Positions 59,342-64,000 of a stretch of 64,000 bases of DNA are shown piece after piece. Location: assembly GCA_050011565.1 (NCBI GenBank), contig JBEKIW010000003.1, positions 242,383 through 306,382 on the forward strand, written 5' to 3'. Numbering within the stretch: position 1 is the stretch's first letter; each line of letters starts with the position of its first letter. The translations under genes were made by a program, and so were the position numbers. Source of the stretch: Dehalococcoidia bacterium (lineage in GTDB: Bacteria; Chloroflexota; Dehalococcoidia; GIF9; UBA5629). Under the pieces are notes generated by a model. That model saw only the letters and a program-made list of their open reading frames with translations, had not been told where the DNA came from and made no database searches.

Positions 59342-60529
59342 TTGCTGTATCTTGTCAAGGAATTAACGCGAAGGAAAGGCAGGACTGTAACTAATCTGCT
59401 GGTTGTTGCAGTTTTGGTAGCTATTTTCGTGGTTCTGACCTCGGTGATGAATTCATACTCTGAAGCCATTTACCTGCCTTTTCAGGGCGTAGGTGTCGAC
59501 ATGGTAATTCATAAGTCTAGTCCTCAATCTGCCGATACTCCCACCAGCTCAATGCGCCTGCCCTTTGGCAGCGGAGTATTTAACCAGAACGAAATAGATA
59601 ACATAGCCGCCTTAAGTCATATAAAAGATGTCTCTAAGGCACTCATATTGTGGCAGTTTGACAAGGGGGAGTTCATTTCAATAGAAGGGCTGGAACCTGA
59701 CAGTTTCATAGGTGAGAAATATAAGTCATGGGTCACATCCGGTCATTTTCTCCAGGTGGGAGAGGAGCGTAAGGCGGTAGTTGAGAAGCACTTTGCCAAA
59801 TTCTATGGGCTGAATTTGGGAGACAGTGTGTTGTTAGGCAACACCCCTTTTGAAATTATTGGCATTCTTTCTACACAAGAGCAGAGCCAGATTTCTGCGA
59901 CAAACCTTTATGTAAATTTACCGGATGCGCAGATACTTCTGGACACAAAAGGGTACAGCCAGCTCTATGTCAAACTTGATGCTCTGTCTTCAGAGGATAC
60001 TGTCCGGTCCGAAGTCAGTGAAATTGATAAAGACGCTGTCGTTGTTTCAGGAAGCTCTATTGCGGCATCGGTTAGCAATGTTATTAAAATTTATGAGAAA
60101 TTCCGTTTGCTTGCCTTGGCGATTATTGCAATCATCCTAGCCCTAATATTGTTCCAGGTTAATACTACGTCTCTAATGGAACGAAGAAAAGACATAGGTA
60201 TTTTACAGACAGTTGGCTGGACGAAAGCAAACATAAGCAGGCAGATAATCTCGGAGATATTCGTACAGACCATGTTTGGGTTTATTCTGGGTATTATAGT
60301 CAGCATTCTCACACTAGTTGGCATTGGTTCTATAAGCATACAGGTCAACACAGCTCAGAGCCTGGGCAACAACTTGTCTACTTTAACCGCGCCTCTAGTA
60401 CCATCAATCGCCGCAATCGCTCAGTTTCTTATACTGACTTTGGGGATCTCAATCATAGTATCATTCTTCCTATCTAGACAGCTAGCCCGTATGAAACCAT
60501 TAGTTAATCTAAAAAACCAAAGCTTGTAA
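59342..60529 (+). CDS. Second MacB/FtsX-like ABC permease
   Basis: ERRKDIGILQTVGW, KP near the C-terminus, same topology as 56825..58114. Confidence 0.9.
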   Translation: MLYLVKELTRRKGRTVTNLLVVAVLVAIFVVLTSVMNSYSEAIYLPFQGVGVDMVIHKSSPQSADTPTSSMRLPFGSGVFNQNEIDNIAALSHIKDVSKALILWQFDKGEFISIEGLEPDSFIGEKYKSWVTSGHFLQVGEERKAVVEKHFAKFYGLNLGDSVLLGNTPFEIIGILSTQEQSQISATNLYVNLPDAQILLDTKGYSQLYVKLDALSSEDTVRSEVSEIDKDAVVVSGSSIAASVSNVIKIYEKFRLLALAIIAIILALILFQVNTTSLMERRKDIGILQTVGWTKANISRQIISEIFVQTMFGFILGIIVSILTLVGIGSISIQVNTAQSLGNNLSTLTAPLVPSIAAIAQFLILTLGISIIVSFFLSRQLARMKPLVNLKNQSL

Positions 60530-60658
60530 CAGGTGCCATTAAGCCGATCTACCCAGATTAATACTGTTAGTTGAGCATCTACACGTTACATATCCCAAAA
60601 GTATGATAGAATCTGACAGAGGAATCGGATTGATAAATCCCCCTAGGGGAGCAAAACA

Positions 60659-62164
60659 ATGGAAAAGTCCATAATCATCATCGGGGCTGGAATTGCCGGC
60701 CTGTCTGCAGGCTGCTACGGCCAGATGAACGGCTACCTTACGCAGATTTTCGAAATGCACGATAAGCCGGGCGGGCTATGCACTTCGTGGAAGCACAAGG
60801 ATTACACCATCGATGGCTGCCTCCACTGGCTGGTAGGCTCGAGCCCCGGCAATAGTTTCTATCGCATCTGGCAGGAGCTGGGTGCAGTGCAAGGGCGACA
60901 CATGATTGACCATGAAGAGTTTATACGTATTGAGGGAGACGAGGGCAAGGTATTTGTGGTTTACACCGACGTCGATAAGCTGGAACAGCACATGAAGGAG
61001 CTTGCCCCGCAAGATAAGAAGGCAATTGAGAAATTCACCAATGCCGTGCGCACCTGCGCCAGGGTCGACTTACCGGTAGACAAAGCTCCCGAGCTTTACG
61101 GCCCGCTAGATGGGCCTAAGATACTGGCCAAGATGCTTCCCTTCTTGAAGATTATGCAAAGCTGGAAAGGAATTTCCATTCAGGACTTTGCCCAGGAGTT
61201 TAAGGACCCATTCCTGCGCCAGGTTTTTCCCCTCACCTTTAATCTTCCCGATTTTCCCATGATGGCCGTGCTGATGACACTTGCCTGGATGCACCAGAAA
61301 TCAGCCGGTTTCCCAGAAGGTGGCTCGCTAGAATTTTCTCGCGCCATCGAGCGACGCTACCTGAATTTGGGAGGTGAAATTCACTACCGTTCACCAGTAA
61401 GTAAAATCTTAGTCCAAAACGGCAAATCCGTAGGCGTGCGCCTGGCTGACGGCACCGAGCATCGGGGTGATATCGTTATCTCTGCCGCCGATGGTCATTC
61501 AACTATTTTCCAAATGCTTGAGGGAAAATATATCGATAAAAAAGTCCAAGAATACTACGAGCAGCTTCCTCTGTTTCCTCCCCTGATTCAAGTGACTTTA
61601 GGTGTTGCCCGCTCTTTCCAGGGAGAGCCGCGCCTTCTACTCTATCATCTTAAACAGCCAACTATAATTGCCGGCAAGGAAGAAAAACTTTTGGGGGTGG
61701 AGATTTACAACTTCGACCCCATCCTGGCGCCGCCGGGTAAAACGGTATTGGATGTGAAGCTTTTCTCCGATTACGAGTATTGGAAAAATCTAAAGCAAGA
61801 GCCCAAACGCTACAAAGCGGAGAAAGAGAAAATCGCTAAACAGGTTATTAATTTGCTTGACCAACGTTTCCCCGGCCTAACCGGACAAGTTGAAATGTGC
61901 GACGTGGCGACGCCGATGACCTGGGAACGTTACACCGGCAACTGGCGGGCCAGTTTTGAAGGCTGGCTAATTACTACTAAAACCTTCGGCATGAGCATGA
62001 GCAAAACCTTGCCCGGACTTAAGAACTTCTACATGTGCGGTCAGTGGGTAGAGCCGGGAGGCGGAGTGCCTTCAGCGGCTTTATCGGCTCGCAATTTAAT
62101 TCAGGTCATCTGCAAGCGGGATAGAAAATCGTTTGTGTCGAATACGCCATCTGCCCAATCTTAG
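60659..62164 (+). CDS. Phytoene-dehydrogenase-like FAD oxidoreductase
   Basis: IIGAGIAGL, PGGLCTSW, ATPMT..RYTG, CGQWVEPGGG. Confidence 0.88.
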   Translation: MEKSIIIIGAGIAGLSAGCYGQMNGYLTQIFEMHDKPGGLCTSWKHKDYTIDGCLHWLVGSSPGNSFYRIWQELGAVQGRHMIDHEEFIRIEGDEGKVFVVYTDVDKLEQHMKELAPQDKKAIEKFTNAVRTCARVDLPVDKAPELYGPLDGPKILAKMLPFLKIMQSWKGISIQDFAQEFKDPFLRQVFPLTFNLPDFPMMAVLMTLAWMHQKSAGFPEGGSLEFSRAIERRYLNLGGEIHYRSPVSKILVQNGKSVGVRLADGTEHRGDIVISAADGHSTIFQMLEGKYIDKKVQEYYEQLPLFPPLIQVTLGVARSFQGEPRLLLYHLKQPTIIAGKEEKLLGVEIYNFDPILAPPGKTVLDVKLFSDYEYWKNLKQEPKRYKAEKEKIAKQVINLLDQRFPGLTGQVEMCDVATPMTWERYTGNWRASFEGWLITTKTFGMSMSKTLPGLKNFYMCGQWVEPGGGVPSAALSARNLIQVICKRDRKSFVSNTPSAQS

Positions 62165-62429
62165 ACGCGCAATTAGATTGGTTGAACTTCTGGCATAAAC
62201 TTATTACCCGCCTTTTGAATTTAGTTTGACTGACATTGCCTGATAAACTTACCAGCCTAAAGCATCTGCTTTCAAAATACACCTTAATTTTAACCACAAA
62301 ATTCTCGTGAAATCCTATCAGAGGAGCTTGACAACCGCCATTTTTGCTATAATATAACCATCGTATACTAAATTCGCATAAATAATTTCATCTAAATATA
62401 GCAAAACATGAAAATAGCGGCCTAAGACC

Positions 62430-62516
62430 TAGTAGGTGAAAGCGAGATACAATTAAAGCTATCATAACTGTCTGGTCACTTGTTCTAATGCTGAGCCAAT
62501 AGTGAAACCTACCCAA
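62430..62516 (+). ncRNA. Candidate c-di-GMP-II riboswitch
   Basis: GG..AAAGC-GAGAT ... GGTCACTT ... TGAGCCAATAGTGAAACCTACC mirrors the class II pattern GGGCACTT...GAGYTAGTAGTGCAACCGRCC with compensatory pseudoknot TCACT/AGTGA. Confidence 0.7.
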
Positions 62517-62591
62517 GGGGGTCGGTTTTCTGATACAGTATAGCTAGCATCGATGGCTTTTACGGTTACTGTGAGCATGGGAGGTTTTATC

Positions 62592-64000
62592 ATGAAAAGA
62601 AAGATTCGCAGGTTTTTTCAGGCTCTTGTAGTCGTGATGCTAATGATGAGCCTGGTTTTAGTCACTCCATCAGTTGTCCAGGCTCAGACTCTATCCTTAA
62701 GCCCCACCTTTGGAGCGCCAGGGACAGGAATAACCATCACCGGCAGTGCCTTTACACCGAGTACTGCCGGGTGGGTCTGGTTTGACAGTGATGGTGATAG
62801 TGTCAGAGATGCTACCGAGCCCCAGGTTCCAGTGACAACTACCGCCGCCGGCGCTATCCCCCCTGGAACGACCTTGGCTATACCAACAGTGACCCCGGGC
62901 ATCTACCAGGTGCGGGCTGACATACCTGTGGGCGTGCCTATTGAAGCTGCGACAGGCTTTACCGTACTACCTATCCCCAGTATAACACTGAGCCCCATAA
63001 CGGGAGCGCCAGGGACAGGGATAACCATCACCGGCAGTGCCTTTACACCGAGTACTGCCGGGTGGATCTGGTTTGATAGTAATGGTGATAGTGTCAAGGA
63101 TCCTACCGAGCCCCAGATTTCAGTGACAACTACTGCCGCCGGCGCTATCCCCTCTGGAACTACCTTGGCTATACCAACAGTGAACCCAGGCATCTACCAG
63201 GTGCGAGCTGACATACCTTCTGGTGGGTCTGTTGAAGCTACGGCAATCTTTACCGTACCACCTATCCCCAGTATAACACTGAGCCCCATAACGGGAGCGT
63301 CAAGTACAGTAGTAACGATTACCGGCAGCGGCTTTGTGCCAAATACTGCCGGGTGGGTCTGGTTTGACAGTGATGGTGATAGTGTCATAGATGTTACAGA
63401 ACCCCAGGCATCGGTAATTACTACTGGTGCCGGTGCTATCCCTGGCGGAATCATCCTGACTGTGCCAGCGGTGGTACCTGGCACTTATGGGGTACGGGCT
63501 GACATACCTGTGGGCGTGCCTGTTGAAACTGCGGCAAGCTTTACGGTGCCTTCACCCAGCATAACCTTAAGTCCCGCCTCAGGGGTGCCCGGCACTGTAA
63601 TAACGCTTACCGGCAGCGGCTTTGCCATAAATACTGCTGGTGTGGTCTGGTTTGACAGTGATGGCAGTGGTGCCCTAGACCCTGGCGAGCCTTGGGTGGC
63701 GGCGACTACTACGGCGGCTGGTGCTATCCCCGCTGGAATCATCCTGAGTATGCCAGCGGTGGTACCTGGCACTTATTTGGTACGGGCTGACATACCTGTG
63801 GGCGTGCCTATTGAAGCTGCGGCAAGCTTTACGGTGCCTTCACCCAGCATAACCTTAACTCCCGCCTCAGGGATACCCGGCACTGTAATAACGATTACCG
63901 GCAGCAGCTTTGCCATAAATACTGCTGGTGTGGTCGGCTTTGACAGCAATGGCAATGGTGCCATAGACCCTGGTGAGCCGCAGGTGGCGGTGACTACCAC
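62592..64000 (+). CDS. Large secreted protein with tandem ~96-97 aa Ig-like (IPT/TIG-like) repeats; runs off the window end
   Basis: Absent from the ORF track. GGGAGG RBS, ATG 62592, signal peptide MKRKIRRFFQALVVVMLMMSLVLVTPSVVQA, then repeats LSPxxGxPGTxITITGSxF...WFDSDGD...D..EP...PGxYxVRA; frame open to the window end. Confidence 0.88.
   Translation, partial: MKRKIRRFFQALVVVMLMMSLVLVTPSVVQAQTLSLSPTFGAPGTGITITGSAFTPSTAGWVWFDSDGDSVRDATEPQVPVTTTAAGAIPPGTTLAIPTVTPGIYQVRADIPVGVPIEAATGFTVLPIPSITLSPITGAPGTGITITGSAFTPSTAGWIWFDSNGDSVKDPTEPQISVTTTAAGAIPSGTTLAIPTVNPGIYQVRADIPSGGSVEATAIFTVPPIPSITLSPITGASSTVVTITGSGFVPNTAGWVWFDSDGDSVIDVTEPQASVITTGAGAIPGGIILTVPAVVPGTYGVRADIPVGVPVETAASFTVPSPSITLSPASGVPGTVITLTGSGFAINTAGVVWFDSDGSGALDPGEPWVAATTTAAGAIPAGIILSMPAVVPGTYLVRADIPVGVPIEAAASFTVPSPSITLTPASGIPGTVITITGSSFAINTAGVVGFDSNGNGAIDPGEPQVAVTT
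62685..64000 (+). repeat. Intragenic tandem repeat, at least 4.5 units of 288-291 bp
   Basis: Unit starts at 62685, 62976, 63267, 63555 and 63843. Confidence 0.92.

Noticed and set aside
59285-59364. Intra-operon hairpin (AATCACAA...TTGTGATT) and a duplicated TTGTCAAGGAATT
   Set aside because: Single AT-rich instance with no element between the duplicates; not enough to call an insertion scar or regulatory site
62400-62430. GCAAAAC...CGGCCTAA resembling a c-di-GMP-I (GEMM) motif
   Set aside because: Spacing is wrong and there is no GNRA-capped first stem; the class II pattern downstream fits much better
62684-64000. Five periodic ~72-96 aa minus-strand ORFs that look like a tandem gene array
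   Set aside because: They are antisense shadows of the plus-strand repeat protein, which has an RBS, a signal peptide and an open frame
1-64000. Selenocysteine, pyrrolysine or other stop-codon recoding
   Set aside because: The recognised proteins appear full length, with no family domain split by an in-frame stop

Overview
Gene-dense window from an anaerobic bacterium, most consistent with a Dehalococcoidia-like Chloroflexota. This assignment is an inference from the stand-alone dnaN, class V FBP aldolase/phosphatase, CetZ-like tubulin and the many acyl-CoA enzymes. Housekeeping genes (rarA, coaE, dnaN, moaAC, rdgB, rplU-rpmA-rpmE, hisA/hisI) are interleaved with an AmmeMemoRadiSam trio, an AOR, a B12 mutase with isobutyryl-CoA mutase residues plus cobO, an ABC importer with a two-gene class III CoA-transferase, a complete beta-oxidation cassette and two ABC exporter modules. 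No rRNA, tRNA, CRISPR array, transposase or integrase was seen. Best leads: (1) a tubulin/FtsZ (CetZ-like) protein with a degenerate GTP-binding signature but intact T7 acidic loop, placed between AmmeMemoRadiSam and rarA; (2) a c-di-GMP-II riboswitch candidate ahead of a secreted tandem-repeat protein that is missing from the ORF track; (3) three families of dispersed intergenic repeats, one copy captured in-frame in a protein C-terminus; (4) a CoA-transferase pair in which one subunit lacks the catalytic Asp. All calls are from reading motifs by eye; no database search was run.
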